From: Abditibacteriaceae bacterium
GTDB lineage: Bacteria; Armatimonadota; Abditibacteriia; Abditibacteriales; Abditibacteriaceae
NCBI GenBank assembly: GCA_031425655.1
Contig: JANPJS010000122.1
Span: 1-11,673, forward strand
Length of the DNA: 11,673 nt
Direction of reading: 5' to 3'
The position numbers were made by a program, and so were the translations under genes. Of the stretch, positions 1 to 8,006 are shown piece by piece. Position 1 is the stretch's first letter; each line of letters begins with the position of its first letter. A model generated the notes under the pieces. It searched no databases and had not been told where the DNA came from. It worked only from the letters and a program-made list of their open reading frames with translations.

Positions 1-1291
1 TTTCGCCGATGATGGTGCCGCGCTTTATCCCGCCGCCGGTGAGCCAGACCGAAAAGCAGCGCGGGTGATGATCGCGCCCGTAAGTGGTCTCGGTGAGTTG
101 CCCTTGCGAATAAACGCTGCGCCCGAATTCGCCGCCCCAAATGACCAAAGTGTCGTCCAGCAGGCCGCGTTCTTTTAGCTCCTCGACGAGGGCGGCGCTG
201 GGCTGATCGGTGTCGTAACACTGCGTGCGAATGTCCCGTGGCAAATCGCTGTGCTGATCCCAACCACGATGATAAAGCTGAATAAAACGCACGCCGCGCT
301 CGGCGAGACGGCGCGCGAGAATGCAGTTCGCCGCATAGCTGCCGGGCTTGCGCGATTCCGGGCCATAGCGCTCGAACACCGAGGCCGGTTCTTTAGAAAA
401 GTCGGCCAATTCGGGCACAGAAGACTGCATCCGAAAGGCCATTTCGTATTGGTCAATGCGCGATTGAATTTCCGGGTCTTGATAATCGTCCAGCTTGATT
501 TTGTTCAAGTCTGCGAGGTCGTCTAACATCGCGCGGCGGCGTTCCCCCGTGATGCCGGGCGGATTCGACAAAAACAGCACCGGGTCTTTGCCGGGGCTAA
601 AGCGCACGCCCTGATAGCGCGCCGAAAGAAAGCCCGAACTCCACATGCGTTCGTGCAAAGGCTGCTCGTTGCCCTTGCCGCTGGGCCGCGAAATCATCAC
701 GACAAACGCGGGCAAATCGGCGTTCTCCGAACCGAGGCCGTAGGACATCCACGAGCCAAAAGCAGGCCGCCCGGCCACTTGACTGCCGGTTTGCAGCATC
801 GTCATCGCCGGGTCGTGATTAATCGCTTCGGTATTCAGCGAACGGATGATGCAAAGCTCATCGGCGATGCGCGCCGTGTGCGGCAGCAAGTCGCTGAGCC
901 AGTGCCCGGCCTGTCCGTATTGTTTGAACGTAAAAATCGTGGGCGCTACGGGAAAACGCTCCTGGCCTGATGTCATCCCGGTGACGCGCTGACCGTTGCG
1001 AATCGAGTTGGGCAGGTCTTTGTTGAACTGCTCGCGCAGCCCCGGCTTGTAATCGAAAAGATCGAGCTGCGAGGGCGCACCGGCTTGGGTGAGCCAGATC
1101 ACGCGTTTGGCCTTCGGCGCGAAGTGCGTAAGGCCTGCGGCGCCTTGCGCCGTTGCACCTTGCGTTGTGCCTTGCGCGGCTCTGGCCCACTGAGGATTCA
1201 GCAGCGAGGCCAGAGCCGCCGCGCCAATGCCGCTGCTGGCGCGGCCAAGGAATTGGCGGCGGGTGATGTCAAGAAGTGAGTTCGAGTTCAT
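1..1291 (-). CDS. DUF1501 domain-containing protein with Tat signal peptide (3' end runs off the window)
   Basis: Not in the ORF track because its stop lies outside the window. Hand translation from ATG 1291 is open to the edge (430 codons): MNSNSLLDITRRQFLGRASSGIGAAALASLL...HFAPKAKRVIWLTQAGAPSQLDLFDYKP...EAINHDPA...GRPAFGSWMSYGLGSENADLPAFVV...YEMAFRMQSSVPE...CILARRLAERGVRFIQLYHRGWDQH...RGLLDDTLVIWGGEFGR...GRDHHPRCFSVWLTGGGIK. These are the motifs I recognise from DUF1501 proteins. TRRQFL is a twin-arginine motif. It starts 6 nt after the DUF1553 stop, with AAGGA in that gene's last codons. Confidence 0.93.
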   Translation of the reverse strand, partial: MNSNSLLDITRRQFLGRASSGIGAAALASLLNPQWARAAQGTTQGATAQGAAGLTHFAPKAKRVIWLTQAGAPSQLDLFDYKPGLREQFNKDLPNSIRNGQRVTGMTSGQERFPVAPTIFTFKQYGQAGHWLSDLLPHTARIADELCIIRSLNTEAINHDPAMTMLQTGSQVAGRPAFGSWMSYGLGSENADLPAFVVMISRPSGKGNEQPLHERMWSSGFLSARYQGVRFSPGKDPVLFLSNPPGITGERRRAMLDDLADLNKIKLDDYQDPEIQSRIDQYEMAFRMQSSVPELADFSKEPASVFERYGPESRKPGSYAANCILARRLAERGVRFIQLYHRGWDQHSDLPRDIRTQCYDTDQPSAALVEELKERGLLDDTLVIWGGEFGRSVYSQGQLTETTYGRDHHPRCFSVWLTGGGIKRGTIIGE

Positions 1292-1297
1292 GGCGGC

Positions 1298-3658
1298 CTA
1301 TTCCTTGGTCACGGCTTCATCGAGATTCAGCATCAAGCTGGCGAGCGTGGTAAATGAGGCCAACTCGGCGGCGTCCCATTTGGCATCGGTGGTGGCTTCG
1401 CCCACTTTCAGCAACGCATCCGCGCCTGCCGGGTCGGCTCGAAACTCCCGCAGCGTGCGCTCTAACGACGCTTTGAGAATCTTCGTTTCCGCCGGGCGCG
1501 GCAGGCGCGCCGTGACCAGACGAAATCCGTAGCGCAGCCGCGATTCCGTGGAGATTCCGCCTTCGTGCAACATTCGCTGCGCCAATAGCCGGGCGGCTTC
1601 GACGTAGGTCGGGTCGTTGAGCAGATTCAGCGCTTGCAGCGGCGTGTTGGTGCGGGGGCGGCGCAGCGTGCAGGTTTCGCGGAAGGGCGCGTCGAAGAGC
1701 AGCATGGCGGGGTTGGGCACCGAGCGTTTCCAGTATGTATAGAGGCTGCGGCGGTGCAGCGCCTCGCCCTTGTCCTGCGTATACGTCGCCGCCGGATTGT
1801 CTTTTTGGTTGACCACCTGCTCGTAAAGCCCCGCCGGATGATACGGCTTCACCGAAGGGCCGCCAATTTTTTGGACCAACAGGCCACTGGCGGCCAGTGC
1901 CTGATCGCGCACGAATTCACCCTGCAAGCGAAAGCGCGGGCCACGGGCCAGCAAGCGGTTATCCGGGTCTCGTTCGTGTGCCTTGGGCGTGAGTTTCGAG
2001 CTTTGCCGATAAGTCGCGCTGGTGACCAGCAAGCGCAGCATCGCTTTGGTGTCCCAGCCGCTGGAAATATATTCCGCCGCCAGCCAATTAATCAGTTCGG
2101 GATGGCTCGGCGGCTCGCCTTGCGAACCGAAATCCTCCGCCGTGCGCACCAGTCCGGTGCCGAACAGCATCTGCCAAAAGCGATTGACCGTGACGCGCGC
2201 AGGTAGCGGATTTTGCGGATCAACCAGCCAACGCGCCAGCCCCAGCCGGTTGCGAGGCAGTTCTTCGCGCATCTGTGGCAGCGTGGCGGGCGTGGCGGCA
2301 GTGACTTTTTCGCCAGGCTGATCAAACACGCCGCGCCGCAAAATAAAGGTGTCGCGTGGCGTGCCCTCGTCCATCACCAGCGTGACCGGGACGGCTTTTT
2401 CGGTGTCAGCAAGGGTTTTTGTAAGCTGCGCGAGGCGCTTTTTTGCTTCCTCGCTCTGATCCTGCTTCGCCTGCTCGATTTCCGTTTTGAACGCTGCAAT
2501 TTTCGCTTCGATATCGGACGCGGGCAGCGTCACAAACGGCGGGCTGCTCATGTTGAACTGCTTGCTGTAATCGCCGACGCCTTTTTCCGATACGTTGTGA
2601 AAAAACGCCTTCAGACTATAAAAATCCCGCTGTGTGAACGGATCGAACTTATGGTCGTGGCACCGCGCGCAGTTGAAGGTTTGCCCCAGCCAAACCGTCG
2701 CCGTTGTCTCCACACGATCAGCCGTGTATTCGGCCAGAAACTCTTCCGGAGTTATGCCGCCTTCTTCGTTGATCATGTGGTTGCGATTGAAGCCGGTGGC
2801 GATTCGCTGATCAAGCGTGGCATTCGGCAGCAGGTCGCCCGCGATTTGCTCGATGGTGAACTGATCGAAGCGCTTGTTTTCGTTAAACGCCCGAATCACC
2901 CAATCGCGCCAACCATACAGCGTGCGGTCGCGGTCTACCTGATAGCCGTTGGTGTCGGCATAGCGCGCCCCGTCCAGCCAATCCACCGCCATGCGCTCGC
3001 CGAAATGCGGCGAAGCTAACAAACGATCCACCACCCGCTCGTAGGCCTTTGGCGCCTTATCGTTGACAAAGGCATCCACCTCCGCCGGTGTGGGGGGCAA
3101 CCCAACAAGGTCGAGCGTCACGCGTCGAATCAGCGTGGCCTTATCCGCTTCCGCAGCAGGGCGCAGATTTTCCGTGGCCAAGCGTTTGCGAACGAACGCG
3201 TCCACCGGATGTAAACCCTTCGCCGGAACAGGTGGCTTTTGGATCGGCAGATACGCCCAATGCACCTGATACTCCGCGCCTTGGGCGACCCATCTTCGGA
3301 GAATTTCTTGCTGCGCCGCGTTCAGCACTTTGTGCGAATCGGGCGGAGGCATCCGTTCATCGGCGGCTTTCGTGAGGATTCTCCGCACCAGCTCACTTTT
3401 GTCGGGCTTCCCCGGCACGATGGGGAATTCACCGGACTTGGCCAGTTTCAAGGCCTCTTCGCGAATATCCAACCGCAAGTCGGCTTTGCGCGTGTTTTTG
3501 TCCGGCCCGTGACAATGAAAGCAAGCGTCCGAAAGCAGCGGGCGAACATCCCGATTGAACTCGACCTTTGGCGCTTGCGGAGGTTTGGCCGCCTTCGCCT
3601 CAAGACCCACGACCGTCAGGCCGCAAAAAAAGACGCCCAGCAGAGAAGCTTTCATCAT
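1298..3658 (-). CDS. PSD1 and planctomycete cytochrome c domain-containing protein (PSCyt1 + DUF1549 + DUF1553)
   Basis: Motifs: VEFNRDVRPLLSDACFHCHGPD (CxxCH at 3509-3523); LIRRVTLDLVGLPPT; FGERMAVDWLDGARYADTNG; FNCARCHDHKFDP (second CxxCH at 2657-2671); NRLGLARWL..PQNPLPARVTVNRFWQ; PSHPELINWLA; RRSLYTYWKR; TNTPLQALNLLND; ends NLDEAVTKE. Start placed at ATG 3658 (MMKASLLGVFFCGLTVVGLEAKA, a signal peptide) rather than GTG 3817 of the ORF track. Confidence 0.93.
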   Translation of the reverse strand: MMKASLLGVFFCGLTVVGLEAKAAKPPQAPKVEFNRDVRPLLSDACFHCHGPDKNTRKADLRLDIREEALKLAKSGEFPIVPGKPDKSELVRRILTKAADERMPPPDSHKVLNAAQQEILRRWVAQGAEYQVHWAYLPIQKPPVPAKGLHPVDAFVRKRLATENLRPAAEADKATLIRRVTLDLVGLPPTPAEVDAFVNDKAPKAYERVVDRLLASPHFGERMAVDWLDGARYADTNGYQVDRDRTLYGWRDWVIRAFNENKRFDQFTIEQIAGDLLPNATLDQRIATGFNRNHMINEEGGITPEEFLAEYTADRVETTATVWLGQTFNCARCHDHKFDPFTQRDFYSLKAFFHNVSEKGVGDYSKQFNMSSPPFVTLPASDIEAKIAAFKTEIEQAKQDQSEEAKKRLAQLTKTLADTEKAVPVTLVMDEGTPRDTFILRRGVFDQPGEKVTAATPATLPQMREELPRNRLGLARWLVDPQNPLPARVTVNRFWQMLFGTGLVRTAEDFGSQGEPPSHPELINWLAAEYISSGWDTKAMLRLLVTSATYRQSSKLTPKAHERDPDNRLLARGPRFRLQGEFVRDQALAASGLLVQKIGGPSVKPYHPAGLYEQVVNQKDNPAATYTQDKGEALHRRSLYTYWKRSVPNPAMLLFDAPFRETCTLRRPRTNTPLQALNLLNDPTYVEAARLLAQRMLHEGGISTESRLRYGFRLVTARLPRPAETKILKASLERTLREFRADPAGADALLKVGEATTDAKWDAAELASFTTLASLMLNLDEAVTKE

Positions 3659-3702
3659 GTGTGTTTGACTTTTTGCGATTGACCTTCTGTGTTGCAAGTT
3701 CT

Positions 3703-3766
3703 CCGGGTGATACGGCTTCACCAAAGGGTCGCCCATTTTTTCGACCAAGAAGCCGCAGTCGGCGAG
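3703..3766 (-). repeat. Degenerate direct repeat of DUF1553 internal segment 1834-1897 (probable remnant of a paralogous gene)
   Basis: Ungapped hand alignment of 3703-3766 with 1834-1897 gives 53/64 identical bases. Translations: LADCGFLVEKMGDPLVKPYHP versus LAASGLLVQKIGGPSVKPYHP. Confidence 0.85.
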
Positions 3767-3821
3767 CACGGCGTAGAGGGCTTCAACGCAATGGACCTTG
3801 CTCGGCGGCGTGTTCACAACT

Positions 3822-6761
3822 TTATCGCTTCGGTTCTTCGGTGGCTTTCAGCGTTTCACCTGCGGTAGCGCCGAGCCGGGCGGCGTGATCGCGGAGGCTC
3901 TTGGGCCACTGGTCGAATTCCACGCTCGCGGTGTCTTCGAGCTTCGGCAGGGTGATTCCCGGCACCAGCTTGCCTGATGGCTGGGTGTAGAGGAAGGGCA
4001 CCTTGTCCTGCCCAAACGTAGCCGGCAGGCTGCGGGCGTAGATTTCCAACTCAGCGGAATAATCGGCGGGCGTGTAGCCGAGGTTCGCATTACCAGGCAC
4101 CCAGATCACGCCGGCCACACCCATCGGCGTGAGCGGGCTGATGCACCAGTTGTAGGCCAGGGTGGGAATGGTGTCGGGCTTGACCTCGCCGTCCCGATCG
4201 GGTTCCGGGAACGCGGGAAATTGCAGCGGTGCGCCGGACATGCCTGCGTCTTTTTTGGACAGCGCGACGATCTTTGCGACCTCCGCCTTCACGGCCTGCA
4301 CATATTCGGCGGTGGCCTTTCTGGACACATCAGAGTTGGGGTCTTGAAGCAGCAACGCATCAAGGCGGGGACGAAACACAGGGTTCGGCACATTTTTGAC
4401 CCCGGCAAAGGATGTCCACGACAGCGGCGAGGCCATCTCCTTCCCCTGTCCGGAGGACATGGTCACAAAGCCCTGCGGGATGCCGGGCCGGTTGAGCGCT
4501 TTGGCGAATTCATAGGCAAACATGGTGACACAGTCATCGGACTTGAATTCTGCGGTCTGCCAAAACGATTGATATTTGCGGTCGCCGCCCACTTCGAAGC
4601 CGCGCTTTCGTGGAACAGGATTCGTGCTGGCAGAGGTTCTCCGCCGGAACTCGCGCACCAGCGGCATGGCCTCCGGAGCGGTGGCCTTCGCGTCGCGCCG
4701 GTCGTAGGCCGGTTCGGATGTGAGTTGCGTGCTGCCGGTCAGAAACCAGACATCGCCGACGAGAATATTTTGCACCGTCCTGCTGTGGCCGTGGCTCGCT
4801 TTCGCCGCCAGGGAGATCGGCTGCGTGGTGGCTTTCAGCGCCGGAAAGGAAACCGCCCACTGCTGCCGGTCGTTGGCCACGGCGGACTTGGTCACGCCGC
4901 CGAGCGTCACGGTCACCTCCACGCCTTTGTTGGCAAAGCCCCACACGGGGATGGGCTGGCTGCGCTGAATGATCGCCCCATCGCGATAATGCGCCGCGAC
5001 GGTGAACACCGGATAATCTGGATCGGTATATTGCGCATACTTCGCTTTTTCCGCCGCCGCCTTTGCCGAATCATCCTCCTCGAAGACGAGCTTGCCATTG
5101 GCCGCTGCGAACGGCGTCGCGGGAAGTCCGGCCTTGTTGTAGAGGTTCGCATTCACCGGCGCCGCGCTGTAGGCGTATTGCACGCCGACCGGCTGCGGCA
5201 CGTCCTTCGACGTCACTACGACGGTGTCGCCGACGATCACCGCTTCCGCGACATGCCACTTCCGATCAGTGCCGCAGAGCCGGAAATGATTCAGCTTCTC
5301 GCCGGGCGTGGGCCGCGCTGGTTCGACAAACTTGCCCGGCTCCTTCAAATCCTTTTCCAGCCCCTTGCTGCCCACCATCAGCCCGCCAAAAAGGCTACCC
5401 TTGTCGAACGCAACGACCGCCTTGTTTCCCTCGATGGTGTATTTTTCAAAAATGGGGCCGGTATAGGCGATGTCCCGCCCGTAATCCTTGGCCAAAGCCC
5501 AACGCGCCAGCCTCATGCCGGGATGAAGTTTGTTTTGGTAGTGGATGTTTCCCGGTGCCGCAGGGTTGAGGTCCGTCTGCACGACCATGCCGACGTGGTT
5601 GCGGTTGTTCGTAAAAAACAAGTGCTGCGCCTGCCGGACATCCGCCATCCCCACGTCCGCAGAATCCGCCCCGCCATAATTCTGCATCTGCGTAAAATAG
5701 AACGGCATCTCCGGCATTCCCCAAGCCTCGCGCCAGCCCCGCACGAGCGCCTCCATCCGCGCCGCGTAAAGCCGGCCGTCGCCATTGTTGCTCTCTCCTT
5801 GGCACCACAGCGATCCGCGCAAAGCGAACGGCACGACCGGCGCGATCTTGCCGTTGAAAAATTGCGACGGCCCGCGCCACTGACCGGCGATTCCCGGCAC
5901 GTCGGGTCGCTTCAGCGGCCTCTCCACGGGGAAGCCCAGCGCCGCCGACGCATTTTGCCACACCTCCAAATCGCGGTAGTATTGCTCAAACGCCGCCCGG
6001 CCCTGCTCCGTAGCAACATCGCCGTTATGAATCATCTCGGCATCCACTGTCAGCCCCGCATGACCCTCAATCGCCTTGCGCTCGGTAAACGCCTCGATGC
6101 GCGTATTGCTGTGCGAAGTCAGCAGGATGCCCACGGGCACTTTTAGCTCTTTGTGAAGCTCATGCGCAAAAGCCAGCGCCAGCGCCGAGAAATCACCGGC
6201 CTTGCGGCTGGTTTTCCAACCCGCCTCCGAAGCCCCCCGCGCCTGCGGGTAAAGCGCCGACACCGTATCGGTTCTGAACTCCCTCACCGGCACCTCATCC
6301 TTCGCGCTGCCCAGCTCCTGCGCCAGACCCGCACACAGCGACTTGGAGGCAAACCACTCCATGTTCGACTGACCGGAAGCGTGCCACACCTCGCCCACCA
6401 ACACGTTCTTGAGCGCCACCCTCTTGCCGTGGCTATCGCTGATGACCAGCTCCGCAGCCACCGCGCTGGCCTTCAGCGGCTTCAGCTTCAGCATCCACCT
6501 TCCATCCGCCGCCGTCTGCCCGGTTTCCTTTTGTCCGCCAAACTCCACCGTCACCGCAGTGCCCGGCGTGCTCCAGCCCCATACGGGAACCTCCTTCTCC
6601 CGTTGCAAGATCGCATTGTCGGCAAAAGGAGCGCCGAGTTCGATGGCGGGCGCAGGTTTGGCCGTGGGCTGAGCCTCCGCAGAATTCAGTCGGAGAACGC
6701 AGAGCAGCAGGGCTGCGGTGAGGGTGAGAATTGTCGTAGCGGTGTGTAATCGGGTATTCAT
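3822..6761 (-). CDS. Secreted sialate O-acetylesterase-like (SASA/SGNH) protein with two tandem modules
   Basis: Signal peptide (..TATTILTLTAALLLCVLRLNSAEA). Module 1: FADNAILQREKEVPVWGW...NVLVGEVWHASGQSNMEW (6360-6374)...LWCQGESN...PFYFTQM...GNIHYQNKLHPGMRLARWALAKDYG...NLYNKAGLPATPF, the SIAE-like pattern. Module 2 repeats YRDGAIIQRSQPIPVWGF...NILVGDVWFLTG. ATG 6761 has GGAG 6 nt upstream; the alternative ATG 6794 overlaps the upstream stop as ATGA. Confidence 0.85.
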   Translation of the reverse strand: MNTRLHTATTILTLTAALLLCVLRLNSAEAQPTAKPAPAIELGAPFADNAILQREKEVPVWGWSTPGTAVTVEFGGQKETGQTAADGRWMLKLKPLKASAVAAELVISDSHGKRVALKNVLVGEVWHASGQSNMEWFASKSLCAGLAQELGSAKDEVPVREFRTDTVSALYPQARGASEAGWKTSRKAGDFSALALAFAHELHKELKVPVGILLTSHSNTRIEAFTERKAIEGHAGLTVDAEMIHNGDVATEQGRAAFEQYYRDLEVWQNASAALGFPVERPLKRPDVPGIAGQWRGPSQFFNGKIAPVVPFALRGSLWCQGESNNGDGRLYAARMEALVRGWREAWGMPEMPFYFTQMQNYGGADSADVGMADVRQAQHLFFTNNRNHVGMVVQTDLNPAAPGNIHYQNKLHPGMRLARWALAKDYGRDIAYTGPIFEKYTIEGNKAVVAFDKGSLFGGLMVGSKGLEKDLKEPGKFVEPARPTPGEKLNHFRLCGTDRKWHVAEAVIVGDTVVVTSKDVPQPVGVQYAYSAAPVNANLYNKAGLPATPFAAANGKLVFEEDDSAKAAAEKAKYAQYTDPDYPVFTVAAHYRDGAIIQRSQPIPVWGFANKGVEVTVTLGGVTKSAVANDRQQWAVSFPALKATTQPISLAAKASHGHSRTVQNILVGDVWFLTGSTQLTSEPAYDRRDAKATAPEAMPLVREFRRRTSASTNPVPRKRGFEVGGDRKYQSFWQTAEFKSDDCVTMFAYEFAKALNRPGIPQGFVTMSSGQGKEMASPLSWTSFAGVKNVPNPVFRPRLDALLLQDPNSDVSRKATAEYVQAVKAEVAKIVALSKKDAGMSGAPLQFPAFPEPDRDGEVKPDTIPTLAYNWCISPLTPMGVAGVIWVPGNANLGYTPADYSAELEIYARSLPATFGQDKVPFLYTQPSGKLVPGITLPKLEDTASVEFDQWPKSLRDHAARLGATAGETLKATEEPKR

Positions 6762-6790
6762 TGGTTGCTCCAACTTTATGGTTGAGATTG

Positions 6791-7906
6791 TCATTTCTTG
6801 AGCAGCTCAACCATCGCGCGTCCCATCGCTTCGCCGACGTCCATATAGACTTCCGCCTTGCCGCCGTAGTGACCGTTGCCGCTGCCGCCCTGCGCCATCG
6901 GGTTGGTGTAGATGGTGGCGACGTTGCCTTTGAATTCGGTATATTTGCCCGCGGTGCCGTCCACGACGAGATGGGCTTCGAGGATCTTGCCGCCGTTGCC
7001 GCCGCTGCCTTTTACGGATTCACCCATCGTGCCGAGCACAAACTTCGCATGCGGGGCGTTGAAGTCCTTGCGCACGGCCTTGATGAACTGGACCAGATTC
7101 TTCTCGTAGTGCGCTGCCCAGACTGCATTGCCGGCGTCCTTTTCACCCTGCCAGTAAAAGAAGCCGGCAACCTCGTAGCTCTTCGCCCCTGGGTAGTGCT
7201 TGTCGAGATCCGCCAGCACGGTTTTGGCGTCCGCTGTGTCATCGTCATACTCTTTGCCGGCATACCAGCCTGCCGGTTGATCACCCTTCAGAGTTACGGT
7301 CCCCGCTTTGATTACGGGCGGAGTTGGTTCAGTCCCTTTGGCCCACTCGGCCGGGGCTTCTCTATAACCGGCATACACTTTGTCCCCTTCTTCAAACCGC
7401 ACGCTTCCCGGAGGCAAAAGATGCCAGCCCAGGGCGCGGTTGCCGATGCAGCTCTTGAGAATCATCACGGGTTCAGCGACCGCATTGCCGACCAGATGTC
7501 CGATCCCGAACTCCGGTCCGATGGTGCCGGTCTTGATGCCCAGCCACTCGTTAGCCATCAACCCTTTTCCCTGCATCATCCGCACAAAACGGACATCCGT
7601 GCGCTCCGACCAGTTGCCGGCATCATCCACGAGATAGCGATATTTCAACTTGGTCTTTACTGAATGCTCCAAGGATCCCTCTGGTCCGCCTTTGCCGTCG
7701 GCGTCAATCCTACCGAGTCCGACCATGTTGGATTGGCCCAGCAGGATGAAGACCTGGACCGGCTTGGTCATGTCAGCCGGCTTGCCGTCCGGCTTCGGGA
7801 TTGGCGTTTCCGCCGCGGAGACGGTGGCAAAGGACGACAGGGCGAGCGCGGTGAGCGCGATAATGATTGGAGCAAAAGCTCTGCGTGTGACGGGGTTGTG
7901 TTTCAT
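6791..7906 (-). CDS. Secreted SGNH hydrolase, SASA/carbohydrate acetylesterase-like (paralog A)
   Basis: 371 aa. N-terminal signal peptide ending ..ATVSAA; VQVFILLGQSNMVG (block I Ser); IGPEFGIG; AGFFYWQGEKD (block III); C-terminal GSGNGHY (putative catalytic His). Substrate cannot be determined from sequence. Confidence 0.82.
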   Translation of the reverse strand: MKHNPVTRRAFAPIIIALTALALSSFATVSAAETPIPKPDGKPADMTKPVQVFILLGQSNMVGLGRIDADGKGGPEGSLEHSVKTKLKYRYLVDDAGNWSERTDVRFVRMMQGKGLMANEWLGIKTGTIGPEFGIGHLVGNAVAEPVMILKSCIGNRALGWHLLPPGSVRFEEGDKVYAGYREAPAEWAKGTEPTPPVIKAGTVTLKGDQPAGWYAGKEYDDDTADAKTVLADLDKHYPGAKSYEVAGFFYWQGEKDAGNAVWAAHYEKNLVQFIKAVRKDFNAPHAKFVLGTMGESVKGSGGNGGKILEAHLVVDGTAGKYTEFKGNVATIYTNPMAQGGSGNGHYGGKAEVYMDVGEAMGRAMVELLKK

Positions 7907-8006
7907 TTTGGTCGCCTGTTTGGAAATACGTCACTTTCGATTCATCCTACTTCTCTGCGTCATCCGGTTTGATCATGAGCTGGAATTCCCCATTTGCAGA
8001 AAGCGA

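Noticed and set aside
3661..3705. Possible promoter elements (GAACTT...GTCAA ECF-like; TTGCAA; paired TTGAC)
   Set aside because: Spacings do not fit sigma70 or sigmaE consensus (12 nt between GAACTT and the first GTCAA), and there is no convincing -10 box.
3703..3766. Diversity-generating retroelement TR/VR interpretation of the 64-bp repeat pair
   Set aside because: The 11 mismatches are not restricted to adenines on either strand or copy, the target is a conserved internal motif rather than a variable C-terminal region, and no reverse transcriptase is in the window.
3659..3817. 53-aa N-terminal extension of the DUF1553 protein as given by the ORF track
   Set aside because: It would bury the signal peptide, and part of it is the decayed repeat. 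ATG 3658/3655 gives the normal family architecture.
4221..6146. 641-aa plus-strand ORF, and similar long antisense ORFs (8967-10163, 6761-7663, 2213-3019, 9955-10752)
   Set aside because: They lie antisense to well-supported genes, and their translations show no recognisable motifs, many being Arg/His/Gly-rich. This is the usual shadow-ORF effect of GC-rich codon usage. The similarity between 6761-7663 and 8967-10163 just mirrors the paralogous sense genes.
6180..6600. Apparent local preference for G-ending codons (GAG, AAG, AGG) in the 5' part of the double-SASA gene, hinting at mosaic origin
   Set aside because: Visual impression over a short stretch only. It needs a codon-usage calculation against the genome, which I cannot run.
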